Assembly (NCBI GenBank): GCA_951406725.2
Contig: OX597819.1
Location: forward strand, 19,716,001 to 19,780,000
Origin: Octopus vulgaris
Taxonomy: Eukaryota
Direction: 5' to 3'
Length of the DNA: 64,000 nt
Notes under the pieces: generated by a model
Database searches by the model: none
What the model saw: only the letters and a program-made list of their open reading frames with translations
Told to the model about the DNA's origin: nothing
Shown: piece by piece, positions 32,288-47,010 of the stretch
Layout of the letters: every line of letters begins with the position of its first letter
Position numbering within the stretch: the stretch's first letter is position 1
Translations under genes and position numbers: made by a program

Positions 32288-33532
32288 TATTCATGAATAC
32301 ATAAATACATATATACACATATATATATATATTTATATATATATATACACATAAACACACACACGTATATATATATATTTATATTCTTTCTTTTTCTTAT
32401 ATTCTTTTATGTTTTTCGGTCATTTGATATTAAAAGTAAGTTATAATACCATTTATTACTATTATTAATATATATTGTAGAATCTAAACCATGTTGCTTT
32501 CGTTATTCATAGATTTCTATCAGCAACAGAAAAATATCCTATAATGAGCATTTCCGTTTTTTCCGTTTCGTTTTTAATATCATTTCCGGTAACTGCAGAA
32601 AGAACAATATTTATATATACATTCCAGTACATTTATTTAATTTTTTTGTTCATTTGATTACAGTTTTATCGCACAGACATAGACGCGTATACATTCATAG
32701 AAATACACACACACACGCACCACACAAACGCACACAAACACGCATATGCACACATATTATAATGTCTCCTCTGTATTTTTGCTAATGTGTGTGTATCGAA
32801 AATCTAATTTGATTCACTTTCATCTAATTTATATTCCAATAGAAATGTAGTATTTTAAGTTTTGTATTTGTTATCCAAATATAATTATCGTTTAGAAGTA
32901 TGCAATATTTAGAATATCATAAATGAATATTCAATTTGCAATTTGATTGTTCCGTTTTCAAAATGGCGGCTAATAATTGTCAAAATAGCGAAATACATTC
33001 GACGAAACAAAATTAAGAATTTCAGCTGTGTATATTTGTTTTATTTTTCTCCTCATTTTATAGGCAATAAAATAAAAGAAATGTAATTTGATAAATATAT
33101 TAAGGTATTTATTGCTATGGAATATTCAGAGATAAATGGTGATGATGGAGGAGAAATAAATTTTACTTTCTGAAATAAATTTGCGAAATTTCTTTTAAAT
33201 CATTTGTTCTAAATTTCCCATAAATTATAGAACTGAAGCAAAGTAGGTTTAAGTTTGCTGGAATAGATTAGACTTCGTCAGGGATTTTAGTTTCATTATT
33301 GAATGGTTTCTCAATATATAACAAACATTTCAACAATAGGAATGAGTTCATGTTGTTTTGCTGCATTTAACGGTTGGATGATTTCGCATTTTATTGACAC
33401 TGCAAGAGTGAAAATAAAATAAAAAAAGGGGAGTTGGAAAGATTTGAACCTAAACATCAACAGTAATCTGTTTAATAATTTAATGTGTCTGCCAATTGAA
33501 TACAATTGCATTGCAGTATTTGATAGGAAATG

Positions 33533-33948
33533 AAGGTGGCGAGCTAACAAATTCTTTAGGATGCCGGACAACATGCTTATCAGCATTCCATCCATCTTTA
33601 CTTTCTGAGTTTAACTTTGCCTTTCATGCCTCGGGATCGATACAATAAGTACCAGTTGAGTACTTTGTTTGGTGTAATTGATCCACTACTCCCTCAGAAT
33701 TGCTGGCATTGTGCCAAAATGTGAAATCAATATTTAATACTAAATATGAGGCGACGATCTGGCAGAATTGTTGGCATGCAAGAAAAATGCGTAGCGTTAT
33801 TTCGTGAGTTCAAATGCGCCCGGCGTCGACTTTGCTTTTCGTCCTTTCGAGTTCGATAAAGGAGGTACTAGCTGAAAACTGGAATCGATGTAATCGACTT
33901 ATCTCCTACCCTGTAATTGACGGCATTGTGCCAAAATTTCAATCTAAT
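33533..33948 (+). mobile_element. Two tandem old SINE family B-related copies
   Basis: Repeated ggcga..ggcagaat..gagttcaaat..actttgc..taagtaccagttgag..gtgccaaaat at 33533-33730 and 33748-33948. Confidence 0.75.
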
Positions 33949-34199
33949 ATTTTATAACAAATATTTTTTGGGGGCGTGAAATAGCATAGGTGCTTGTAAA
34001 TCGCATTGAAATTCCACCTGCAGTCTTAAAAAGTTAGAAAGCATTTTGTCAAATAGTAGTGGATCCTCTTATGAAGGCTATATAATTATGCTAATTAAGC
34101 ATTTGAATGTTGATCCTAGGTGTCATCGTTTAAATTTTCTTCCAGTCATTAGGTCACACGAAATATTCTCACAAGCTTTGAAGGATGAAAAAGTAATTT

Positions 34200-35200
34200 A
34201 TTTTTAGTGAAATATTTTTTTATATTTATCAAATTACCCTCTATTTTTGTTAATGGCTGTCATCTAAATTGCTCCAAAATTCGATTCTCGTTGGACCGAG
34301 TTGCATTAGTTGCTTTCCGGGTAGCTTTTGACTGTTTCTAACTCATTTAACATCTTCTCTTCAAAGAATGTCGTAGGTTACAAAGCAAGTCAGACAGTGC
34401 AATGTAGGGAGACTATGTTAGATGCCGTTTGAGACTCCATCCAAACGCAACAAACTTTGTGTGGCTAAGCAAAGTTGTATAAGTTGTTGGGTTGTGTTGT
34501 TGGATCACAAACTCTTTCCTCGTTGACTACTTGCACACGTATCCGGTGAATCGTTTGATTCAGTTCCTTCTGCTGCCGGAAGTACATATCAGAATCGAAA
34601 TTTTGGTTGTGTGTTAGAAGCTCATGAAAATATCATTTCTATTGAAATCTCACCCGACATGAATTATAATACGCCATTTTAGAAGTTGATGTGGATTCTC
34701 AGAAAAACCATCGGGTCGTTTCCACACCCTGTTACACCAATCATTTCACATGAATTTTAGTTTCATGCCTTTTGGTGATTGTACCGTAGATGGAACACTG
34801 GTGTAAGCAGTTTTACTCCGCCAGACTGTGGTAGTTCCATACATCATAGGGGAAAATCAACTCAAATTTCACTGTGTTCCTGAACAGAATTCGTTAGAAT
34901 TTCCAGCATCTCTGCAATCTTCGTAGTTGTGATTCTGGGTGCATGATTCAATACTTCCTTTCAAAAGATTATCGTCCGAGTCTGAAAGTTTTCTGGAGCG
35001 ACTAGGATTTTCTACGCTAAAATCTGCAGCGTTTGAATTTTGCTAATTCTCTCCGAGTTCTTGATTCCTTTACAGCGACTTCAGGATACGCATCACACGT
35101 CGTCCTTCCTCTTTCAGCAGCGCATTCACTTTTGCGAGAAGGGAATCATTACACGGCAAACGAGCAACTTTTTGTTCCCCTTTTTTGACCTCGAAAACTG
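34200..35200 (-). pseudogene. Old, highly decayed mariner transposase
   Basis: Minus-strand relics resembling the mariner HTH (CDAYPEVAVKE..AKFK..DFSVENPSRS..DDNLLK..PRITTTKIAEML) and the YSPDLAPSD motif (*SPYIALSD). Confidence 0.65.
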
Positions 35201-35336
35201 CTGATAAATGTGATTGTTGGTGTGAGACATAAACAGCAGTTTAAAATCTGTGAAACTTTCCAGACGTTTATCATTTAATTATGTAAGGACATGCCTAGAT
35301 ATGTAACTATATGCATGAGAATACGCACATAAATAC

Positions 35337-35500
35337 GCGCAGGAGTGGCTGTGTGGTAAGTAGCTTGCTAACCAACCACATGGTTCCGGGTTCAGTCCCA
35401 CTGTGTGGCATCTTGGGCAAGTGTCTTCTGCTATAGCCCCGGGCCGACCAATGCCTTGTGAGTGGATTTGGTAGACGGAAACTGAAAGAAGCCTGTCGTA

Positions 35501-35537
<37 letters not shown>

Positions 35538-35755
35538 TTGTGTGTCTGTGTTTGTCCCCCTAGCATCGCTTGACAACCGATGCTGGTGTGTTTACGTCCC
35601 CGTCACTTAGCGGTTCGTCTAAAAAGAGACCGATAGAATAAGTACTGGGCTTACAAAGAATAAGTCCCGGGGTCGAGTTGCTCGATTAAAGGCGGTGCTC
35701 CAGCATGGCTGCAGTCAAATGACTGAAACAAGTAAAAGAGAAAAGAGAAAGAGAT
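35337..35755 (+). mobile_element. tRNA-derived SINE family A, full length (reference copy)
   Basis: A-box tggctgtgtggt, B-box ggttcagtcc, body ttgggcaagtgtcttct, internal (TA)n(TG)n, tail ggcggtgctccagcatggctgcagtcaaatgactgaaac plus (aaaagag)n. Confidence 0.9.
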
Positions 35756-35869
35756 AAAACATACAAATCTGCACATACATTGATGCATACATCCATACAT
35801 ACATACAAATAAACAAAAAAACCTAGTTGTTGATGTTGAAATTCCAATATATAAGTATATATATATATG

Positions 35870-36075
35870 TTTGTATATCTGTGATTTTCCCCACTGTCGC
35901 TTGACACCCGATAATGTGTGTTGCACTTGTCCGTAACTTAGCGGTTCGCCAAAAGAGAGCGGTAGGATAAGTACTAGGCTTACAAGAATAAGTCCTTCAG
36001 TCCATGTTTTTCAACTAACGGCGGTGCTCTAGCATGGACGCAGTCAGATGACTGAAACATATAAAAGAATAAAAG
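35870..36075 (+). mobile_element. SINE family A, 3' half
   Basis: taacttagcggttcg..ggcggtgctctagcatgg..gactgaaac. Confidence 0.8.
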
Positions 36076-36549
36076 TATATATATATATGTGTGTATATAT
36101 ATATATAAGAAGAAGGAGAATATGGGAGTACGATGATATTAGTATGTTGAATGCTCAACCCCGCAAATGACCCGCTGTGGGTGGTAGTAGTAACTGTTAA
36201 ATTCATAAAACATCTCTTTTGAATTTTTTGTTTCTAAAATTTGCGTAGGTGTTATTCTAAACAGCAATAGTGGTAAAGTTAAGAAGGAGAAGGAAGGAGA
36301 CAAAGAAGAAGACGAAGAAGAAGAAGAAGAAGAAGAAAGAGAAGAAAAAGAAGAGGAAGAGAAGAAAGAATAAGAAGGAATGTAGGTAGTGTGAAAGTAG
36401 TAAGGTGTTAAATGTTCAAATGACTTAAAATTGGCTCGTTATCGATTATAGCAGTGATTGGGACTGTTTTTAAAATAATTCTTGGGAATCTATTGAGTGT
36501 ATCATTTATCGCGTGTGTATTTGTGTTATACCAAGGCCGTGATGGACAT

Positions 36550-37485
36550 GTTGTTTGCCGTAGACGCGTTCAAAAGGGGTCTGTATTTTGTAATAAAGAG
36601 AGTCTCTTTACTGATTCGTTGGCTCCAGGTTGTATCGTCCCTGAATTGGTAGAGGGGAAAATCCTGAAGCTTGGATTTTTGTTATTGGTGCAAATATCTA
36701 TGAGTTGGCTAAATGCTACTTTTCTGTTTTGGGGAATTTTGATCTGGGATCTGTAGACTATTTTTGTTTGGCCTATGCATTGCTCTTGACACCTGGAGCA
36801 GGTTACTGCATATATCAGGTTCTCCGAAGCACATGTGAAGTCGCTTTTCACCGTGAAACGTTGTTCCTGTTTGAAGGTGAACTCTGATCCCTGAATTAAA
36901 TTGACGCATTTCCACCAGTTGGGTCTCCGCACTTCTTACTGTAGCTTCTCTGTTGTTGAGCGTATTAGGACTTGTGTTAGGAGACTTTTCATAGATTTGG
37001 GCTGTCTCTTGCTTTTTATTATGGTGTGTGTTTCGAGGATTAAGTTCATTCTGTGGTCCTTTTTAAGCAGGGGTATGTTTTGGAGGATGGTGTCGAAGGC
37101 TTCATTGTTGAGAGGGTTGTGTGCGGAGATGTATGGTAGGGCTTTTGGCTGTAAATCTTTCTTTAATTTGGGATGTCTGAGTTCCTGGATGTTGCGTTCT
37201 AGGGCACATTGAAAGCATATGTCAATTAGTGAAGGTGAGTAGTTCCTGGTGATGGGTGTATCTTTTAGTTCATGTAGTCGTGTGTCTCTGGTATTTGCAT
37301 TAGAAACTATAGTACACATCCTTGTTGCTAGGTTGAAGGAGATATTCATTCTGATGTGTCTGGAGCGGCATGAGTTGAACGGTAGATATTGCTTGGAATC
37401 TGTATGCTTATAGTATATATCTGTTTCTATTACGTTGTTAGATTTCTTAACGAGTATGTCGAGGAAGGGATGTTGTTGCTGTAGA
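36550..37485 (-). pseudogene. Decayed Penelope-like element (RT thumb + GIY-YIG), related to the 58688-60328 element
   Basis: ORF pieces 36936-37676 and 36570-36932 contain PFLDILV, ETDIYYKHTDSKQYLPFNSC, LPYISAHNPLNNEAFDTILQNIP and FTCASENLIYAVTCSRCQEQCIGQTK, with stops and frameshifts. Confidence 0.92.
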
Positions 37486-38239
37486 GATTTGACTGAAACT
37501 AGTAGTTTAACCTGTATACGGTGCTGAATAAATATGACAAACCCACTTAATAACCATTTATCATCTTTCAGACGTAAAAATATAGCTACTAGTACATATT
37601 TATCTAGTATGATCTGAGAACTTAAGGAAAGTATACGGAGAGTTATTCTCAATTGGATATAGTGCGGAAAGCGCAACCATCATATAAAGATAGCAGATAC
37701 CGATGCAAACTTTGATCTATGGAAAGTTATGAGATTTTAAAGCACAGAGACAACAATAATAATCTAATAAATAATAGATTAGTCCTTAGGGTATGCTGCA
37801 TGCATAGTATCGCCCGCACATCTAAATATTTTGGAAACAAATAATATAATATCCATCATACAATAATTTGATTCTAGAAAATATCTTTCATATCATACCA
37901 TCCAGTGTAGCAAATAATATATATATTATATATAACGTTGCCCTTTTATAAAACCTGCCAGTTTAGTCTGCATTCATCCTCCTCGATGACTGCTCTGTTT
38001 GTTCTTTCAATTCCGAGACTTTCTTCCCTATTACTCATAATAAGTATAATTATAATGAATTATCAGATCGTACGCCACGCTTAGGCATACTCTATACTCT
38101 CCTACGAACTATATCATTCTACAAACATGAACGACTGTGAATGGAATCTTGTTTTATAAAACCGCATCCAAAGATATATTGATCTTCATTTACTTCGCAA
38201 TTTGCATTGTTACGAACACCTCGACCTATCCTTATAATT

Positions 38240-38648
38240 TTTATTCTTTTATTTTTACGCGTTTTAGTCATTTGAGTGCGTCCATGCTGGAGCACCGCCT
38301 TTGGTCGAGCAAATCGTGTCCAGGATTTATTCTTTGTAAGCCTAGTACTTGTTCTATCGGTTTCTTTTGCCGAAATGCTAAGTTACGGGGACATAAACAC
38401 ACCAGCATCGGTTGTTAAGTGATGTTGGGGGACAAACACAGATACACAACATATACACACACATACATATATGTATACATATATACGACGGGTTTCTTTC
38501 AGTTTCCGTTTACCAAATCCACTCACAAGGCTTTGGGCGTTCAGAGATTATAGTAGAAGACACTTGCCCAAGGTGCCACGCTGTGGGACTCAATGCAAAA
38601 CCATATGGTTGGTAAGCAAGCTATCTACCACACAACCACTTCTACGCC
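38240..38648 (-). mobile_element. SINE family A
   Basis: Full-length reverse-complement match. Confidence 0.9.
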
Positions 38649-39049
38649 TTTATTTCTTCTTATTTTTTTATTTTGTCGTATTTATTTTTAGTTTTTATCC
38701 TTTCTGTTTCCTTAAAACCAGTGTGTATCTTATAGTTTCAGCAAAAGAAAATTTTTTTTTAATTAAACTTGTATCAATTTTATAAACTTATGTCTATTTT
38801 TTATATTTTGAAATTTTGTATAAATATTTTTTGTTGCATTTTATTCATTCTTTTATATTATATCATGTTATTAAATTTTGTATTTCCTATACCTATTTAC
38901 TGGTGTAATATTCTATGATTTGCAGAGTTGTAACTTCTCTCTACAGTTAATGACGGTAAAATATATAACAATATAATATTTATATTCATATTTTGTTAGT
39001 TATTTGTAATTACATTTTATAATTACAATATATTCTTTATACATACACA

Positions 39050-39095
<46 letters not shown>

Positions 39096-39107
39096 TATAT
39101 ATATATA

Positions 39108-39255
39108 TATCCGACGGCCTTCTTTCACTTTCCGTCTACGAGATCCACTCACAAGACTGGCCGTCCTGAGGCTACAGAAGGCAGTTGCCCAAGGGGCCAC
39201 TCAGTAGGACTGAACCCGGAACCCTGTGGTTGGTAAGCAAGTTACTTACCACACA
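39108..39255 (-). mobile_element. SINE family A, 5' part
   Basis: ttccgtctac..ggactgaacccggaacc..ggttggtaagcaag. Confidence 0.8.
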
Positions 39256-40447
39256 CACAAACATATATATATCCTTACATGCTTATGTTATTATATTTTC
39301 CCAATGTTTTGAAATAAATTTGTCTGTTCTAGAAATAATTATCTCATTTTTTAAATATAATCCCTGGTTTTAAGTCAACAGAATATGTGTACGCCTTTCT
39401 CGGATGAAATCTGAGTTTAATTACGTGTTCATTGTTGAATGGCTTTATCATGACCAGCTTAACAGTTTGCTAGGGGGAAGCATTTTGAGGCTTCTATTTT
39501 ATATACAAGCAAACCACAGTTCAAGGCTTCAATTGGTTTATATATCTTTCTTCTTTTGGATGGTCCTTATATCACATTCTGAATTTTTAAATTTTACTAT
39601 TTATCATACAAAATATATATAAATAATATATAAATTTTGCTAAATCTTAGATATACATTTTCTCCCCTCTACAATTGATGCCCATTTAGATTTCATTGTG
39701 ACTTCCTTATTTTCCATTTAAGCCGCTTTCACCTGATAATAAGAAAATATTTTATGTCACTCATACTCACCCGCTTTCTGGGCATACATCACTGCCTTAC
39801 TGACATCTTCTGAAATTTGTTCATTTATGTAGACATAGCAAATTTATAGCCATAGTAAAATAGGGGTCTGGGAGCGTACCTGATATTAATTAATTTATCA
39901 TCAGTAGCTAGAACTTAAATGGTAAATTCCCAGTGGTTTAATTCGTGGTGGATGTATTAAATTAGCTGCATTAAATCTTTTGATGTTGGTAAAAAGAGAG
40001 ATAAATGCAGCTATATTACCATCTGAAGACTCCCATTGTTAATGTCGTCTGCCACTCCAAATTACAGTTGCAGTATTTCCTCCCTAAGTTCGTTCTGCTG
40101 CATTAATAGCAACAGGCCTGTAATTCTTTTATTTTCTAGTTCAGATTATAAAATTTGGTAAAATATTATAATAGCGTATCTTGTATGTTGAAAACCTATG
40201 TGGTCTTATACACCGTGAAAAGCGGTGTATTTCAAATTGATGTAATGCCTGCATTGTTCGATTACATGGAGCCGCCTGAAACGGCTGTAATGCACTAATG
40301 ATTTGACATCCTTGTTTGTTTTTTATTAACCTTACTTTGAGGTGTGAGGATAATACCGGACGGACTTGATACCTCAACTTAAGTACCTTATTCAACCGGA
40401 CCTCCTTAATTATCTCTTATATATATGTATATATATGCATATATATG

Positions 40448-40512
<65 letters not shown>

Positions 40513-40992
40513 CAAAACAGAAAGTTCGAAATTATGGTGTTACCTATTCACCTTTACTAATTATATGTGCTAACACGAGCTACAGCAATTTAGATATTAG
40601 GTAGACACGTAAGATTCTACTAAAAGAAATTCTTCAGACACAGAATTAAATAATAATACTCTTAATTATGATTAAATAACATCATTCATTTCTGAATCTG
40701 TAGATATTTCTGATAAGATGTTCCCTATATTTTTATTTAGCATTTAAATCTTTGCTATTCCTATTAGCAAATTAAACATGTGTAATGGCGAATAAATAAT
40801 ACCAAACGTTTTCCAGCTCCTAGATTCGTCGTACCATGACTCAATGACAGTTAGTCCCTTGCATCTATAACAACTGGACCAACTATATATTGAATGTTAA
40901 CAATTGAAATAGTCGAGATATTACCATAGCTATCTGCGTTATGTGTAAGTATATATATAGATAGATCGTGGAAATAATAGCTAGATGGATAA

Positions 40993-41050
<58 letters not shown>

Positions 41051-41394
41051 GTAGATACAAAGATAGATAGATGGATAGATAGATAAATAGATAGATATAT
41101 TGAAAAATAAAGACATATAGAGAGCCGTAGAAAGAGAGATATACAGAGATACACATATACATAGAAGAATAGGTAGTTAGACAGATAGATAAAGAGATAG
41201 ATAGATAGAAAAAAGACAAATGAAACACTTATTCATTTGTTTTCTGTTAACACATAGTTCTTCATTTTCTACATGGAACTGAAATCAATCATTTTAGAAT
41301 TTTAGAAGATATGATCAATTATTGAACAAGGTGCTAACGATATATTGTTATTATCAACATCATTTCCCTTCTATTTTAATGATATCGCAAATTA

Positions 41395-41445
<51 letters not shown>

Positions 41446-41654
41446 TATATTTTACTTTTCTTTATTTCAATTACGCTGTTTTCGTTGCTGGTCTTTTATT
41501 CTTTCCATTTTCTCTCCCCGTCTACTTTTATATCGTTCTTCTGCTTTTTAACTCGCCATCTCTATTAAATTTAATGACAGTTAAACCACTGCCATGGGGG
41601 AAAAACAACGCAACAAAACACTATCGATGGCTTGGTAGCATTTTAAGCATTTCT

Positions 41655-42224
41655 GTCATCATCATCATCATCATCATCATTACTATTGTGTAATGGCGTA
41701 GTAGTGGTGGCATTGTTGGTGTTGTTTTGTTGCTGGTGGTGGTGGTGGTGGTGAGGATGAGATTAATGTTGTTGGCTATGGTAGTGGTACTGTAATCGCA
41801 TTTATGTAAATTTAAATAACATACAGAAGTAGCAGCAGTAGCAGCAGCAGCAGCAGCAATAGATGCAATAGCAGCAGCAGCAGTAGCGTTGTCAATGGTA
41901 ACGTAGATAACTGAAACAGAATGAGTGATGAGCAAATCAATAATTATGAAGATGACGATAATGATGATAACGATGACGATGTCAACGACGACGATCATTG
42001 CGACGATGATGATGATGACCATGGTGATGATTAAGGTGATGATGAACGTGGTTATGATGGTGGCGGCGGCGGTGATGGTGTCTCAGCTGATGTAATGATG
42101 GGGCTGCTGTCGAGGTGGCTTGTTACTTGAGTGAATGGTGATGATGACTATATCCATAGTTATAAACATCGTAAGAACCGCCAGCACCAGCACTAACACT
42201 AACAATAACAACAACAATAATAAC

Positions 42225-42296
<72 letters not shown>

Positions 42297-42414
42297 TATA
42301 ATAATAATAATAATGATAATAATGATGATAATAATAATGATAATAATAATAATAATAATAATAATAATATTAATAATAATAATAATAATGATGATGATGA
42401 TGATAATAATATGG

Positions 42415-42487
<73 letters not shown>

Positions 42488-42710
42488 TTATAATAATAAT
42501 AATAATGAGGATGAGGTTGATGATAATTATAGTGATAATAATAATAATAATAACAACAACAAGAAAAATAATAACAATAATGATGATGATGATGATATTG
42601 TTGTTGTTGTTGTTACTATCGTCGTCTTCAACATCATCATCCTCCTCATCATCATCTTCATCGTCATTTTTGTTGTTGATGCTGTTGTTGCTGTTGTTAG
42701 CATCATTATT
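41655..42710. repeat. Trinucleotide-repeat field including long (AAT)n
   Basis: (CAT)n, (GGT)n, (GCA)n, (GAT)n, (AAT)n and (GTT)n tracts read directly. Confidence 0.93.
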
Positions 42711-43037
42711 ACAGGAGCGACAACGAACATTTGCGGTAATAACAACAAATAGCTATTCATTTAAAAAAAAACATAATAAAGCAACAATAAAATGTGTATT
42801 TGTAAAAGTTCATTATTACATATAATATCTTGGGTTTTTGTAGTTCATGTGTGTGTGTGTGTGTTTCTGCCTGTGTACGTATATGAGGGTGCCTACGCAT
42901 TGTTTGGTTCTATATCTGCATTCAGTGTGTGTTTGTGAGTGTGTGACAGAATTTGTGTATGTATCCGTGGTGTGTTTGTGTGGTGAAGTGAGTATATGTG
43001 CGTAATATATGCTTCTACTTTGTGCTGTAGTTATCAC

Positions 43038-43076
<39 letters not shown>

Positions 43077-44206
43077 CTCATACACAGAAGCAGCATAGGC
43101 GCACGCACAGAGAAAGAATCATACACGCATAGTCATACATATTCATACATATATAACACATATGCACACTTTAACTACCCTATTATTACATGATTGAAGC
43201 CTAACAATTTATACAAACAATGATGTTCAACGAAAACAAGGCAATTCTCTAAGAGCCAGTATTACATTTTCGTGCTGTTCGGCCCAGTAATCACGAACAC
43301 ATGCGAATATACACGTGCTTAGCTCATCCCTGGCTTCTACACATTGCATCTAAATAAATGTAGTTTATGTACACAGACAGATTGGCTACGTTGTTCAGTA
43401 ACGTTTCCATTGATTAGCTTGGCTGAGCTTTCACGCTTTAATTGGCAATGCGACCATATCTTTCTTCAATAGATAGATTTTTGAATCTATCCGGCCATAA
43501 TCAACGCTGTTTGAAGGTCTGCTACTAAGTGTTGTCGTGGTTTGTTTATTTCTGCTATTCATTCCATTGTTCAACTTGTAGACATTTGTGATTTATATAA
43601 AGCATATGATGCTGTTCTCTGATGCAGTTGCTGGCCAACTTTACATGTGCAGTTATCTTTTTTAATTCAGCACTTGTCAGCATTCTCCTGCTTTGCATGC
43701 GTCTTCACTGCATGAATTACAGCAACTGGTTTATATAACGGCCTCCTCAAAACATCTCGACTATCCAACAGCTAACTTCATAAACACCTCATATAATTTC
43801 ATTGTTTTGTTAAATTATCCTTTATAATATTGCTGCTGTTGCTCTTCTTAATAACAGTAGCCCTCCATATACGCTAGATAGGAGGCGACACCAGTCAAGT
43901 ACAGAGATTTGCCATAAGATAACAGCTTCCCCCCCAAAAAAAATTACAAGGCTTGTGCTTATGTCAGGGTCATTGAACACAATGCTAAACAGCTTTTCTT
44001 CCAGCTTGTCACGTTCGTAATCTAAATTTAATCATCGTGGTTGGCTTAGTGTTTCTTTCTTACGTGGTCGATAAATGAAGTACGACTAAAACACTGAAGT
44101 CGATGAGACTGGACAACGACATCTTTGGACATCTTTGAAATCTTTGTGCGCATTTGACGTCTCTAATTGATACCTGGGTTCGATTTATGCAAATTAAGCA
44201 AAGCCA

Positions 44207-44558
<352 letters not shown>

Positions 44559-44763
44559 TAATTCGAACCATCTAGCAGTTCTTGAAATACCTTGTCCACC
44601 GAAAAACAAACAGACATACAAACAAACACAACTATTCTTCCTCAACAACTTTTGTTTATGGTTTTTGAAATTCGAAAAGTTTGACTTCTTTCCAGAGATA
44701 TGACAATGGAAAGTCAACAATTTCACACAACACTGCCTCGACGTCATGAATATATGAATACAT

Positions 44764-45150
44764 TTATATAAAGCTGAAGTTGTCTGTGTATGGCGGGTTT
44801 GGTAGCCTTCAACTAACGCAATCTCCTCCGAGACCCTGAGGCGCAAGTTGACCAAAATTGAGAGTATGATAGAAGTAGGCTTGTTCTTCCTTCCGTACAA
44901 GAAAAATTCAAATCGGACCATGTTAACAAGAAAAATTATTTACATCAAAAAGGTGCTTTTTTTTTCTATGAAAATCCCTATTTTGTACGGTTTTTTGACT
45001 GCTGTGTCGCCATTTTGCGGTTTATTTCAACCAGAAAAAATGTTCACTTGAAGAGAATAACAAGCTACATAATATAACACTTTTACTCTTCAAAAATTCC
45101 AATTCTACAGGGTCGAAAGAAACACGAGCACCGCCGGGCGATACTGCTAG
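44764..45150 (+). mobile_element. Non-autonomous Helitron-like element
   Basis: 5' ttatataaagctgaagttgtctgtgt; 3' GC-rich imperfect hairpin (cacgagcaccgccggg), then a short spacer and CTAG|T; no TSD seen. Confidence 0.65.
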
Positions 45151-46607
45151 TTTAACCTAAAATGCTTTTCAAGACTTTGGTTTGTAAGTCCTACCAAACC
45201 CATCGTATTTGCTTGTTCTAGCATATTTAGATTATTACCTTTTCGCGTCGCTCTCCAGCAGTCTACGAGGCGCGTCGATCAACAAAAGATGTAGAGTTCA
45301 AAAGATGGCTTCATGAACCCTTCGGGTTAACACCTGGTGATTTCTAATATCCTGGTACTAATAAGCGAGTGTATCGTTGGCAAGTATTTGTGAACAATTA
45401 ACGAGAATATATTATAGAGTGATTAGGGAAAATAGTTGATTAAAATAGGAGAAAAATAACGAGCGAATTTATCTGACGATTTAAATTACGTCTTTTATTT
45501 TGCTCATACTTTGAGAATACGGACGTCTCTGGAATAAGTACTACTTCTGGCCTACATATTCAATGGCTCCCTTCCATACTCTAGCTGGGTTGACCTATCG
45601 AATTTTTCTCCCAGTCAATGACATCATTGAACCATTTAAACATTTCCTTCACTGCTCATTTGCTGTTATGTGTTCTAATTATATGAATACACATCCGTGA
45701 AAAGCAATTTCAGAAAGACCAATCTACTTAAATGTAACGTAATGTGTTGCTTTTAGTAGTTACATTTAACCTGTAGTGAATACACTAGTGAGTGGCTTGT
45801 TTGACGCAGCAGGTAGACTCGGTGATAGACTAACAAACCTAACGTAGTTGCAGATCTGAAAGAACGAATGAGACACCCTACCTGCTTTATTAAGCACTTA
45901 CACAATTTTCCGATTAGTTCTTCAACACGGAATAGCGATAGTTAATTACGTATCCCGGAGAGAAACAGGTATTTAATCAGGCTTTGAAATACATACACGA
46001 GAATAAACATGAAGTATATTTAATAAATATTAGTAGCTTCCTATATAAAAATTTATCATGGACGCAAGCCGGATTTTGGTGAGATATTACGTAATAAAAT
46101 CATCGTGATGCTATTTGAATCATGTAGGGTAGATGAATATGAAAGTTATCGAGTGAGTTTCATATAATTTACGATGCTACATTTGTAAGTACGTCAGTGC
46201 CATTTACTCATCAATGACAACTTGAAAGCATTCTCAGAATACCTATTAACGAATATCCTGTTTCACCTCTGCATCTCTAAGATGTCTACGCGTACGAATC
46301 TACTGCGTTCTGATCAGATTGTTGGAATCGAATACATTCTCTGTAACATAATACGTGCAGAAAAACACATTACTATATCTGCAAAATACAAAATGTATTT
46401 ATCATACACACATAAGTACAAAAAAAAAAATTACAAAAAACAAGTACGCGCGCAACAAATATTTATATATAGAACTACAGGCAGACAAATACGCACATAG
46501 AGATATACACGTAAACACATACATATATGGATGGATATAAGAATGTATCAAAGTATATTCGTACCTAATATAGAAATATAAGTGTAATTTACATACAAAC
46601 AAACATA

Positions 46608-46672
46608 TCTATCCCCCTATATATCTATCAATTTATATATCTATCTATATAACTATCTATCTATCTGTCTGT

Positions 46673-46736
<64 letters not shown>

Positions 46737-46753
46737 TTATCTATCTATCTGGC

Positions 46754-46784
<31 letters not shown>

Positions 46785-46962
46785 CTATCTACCTGTATGT
46801 CTGTCTCTCTGTCTATCTATCTATGTATCTATCTATTTATCTATCTATCTGTCTATCTACCTATCTAACTCTCTAGCTATCTTTCTTTCTTTCTATCTAT
46901 CTATCTATCTACCTATCTATCTATATATCTATCTATCTATATATATATATATCTATTTATCT

Positions 46963-47010
<48 letters not shown>

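Noticed and set aside
35337-35410. tRNA gene suggested by A and B boxes
   Set aside because: No complete cloverleaf; it is the head of a multicopy SINE.
36925-36945. In-frame stop in the Cys-rich linker of the second PLE, considered as selenocysteine recoding
   Set aside because: The stop is TAA and arises from frameshifting deletions in a KPTVKKCGRPNC-like segment, so it is simple decay.
39733-39770. 38-nt GTGAGT...TTATCAG mini-intron on the minus strand
   Set aside because: Very short for an animal intron, and the flanking frames contain stops; likely chance.
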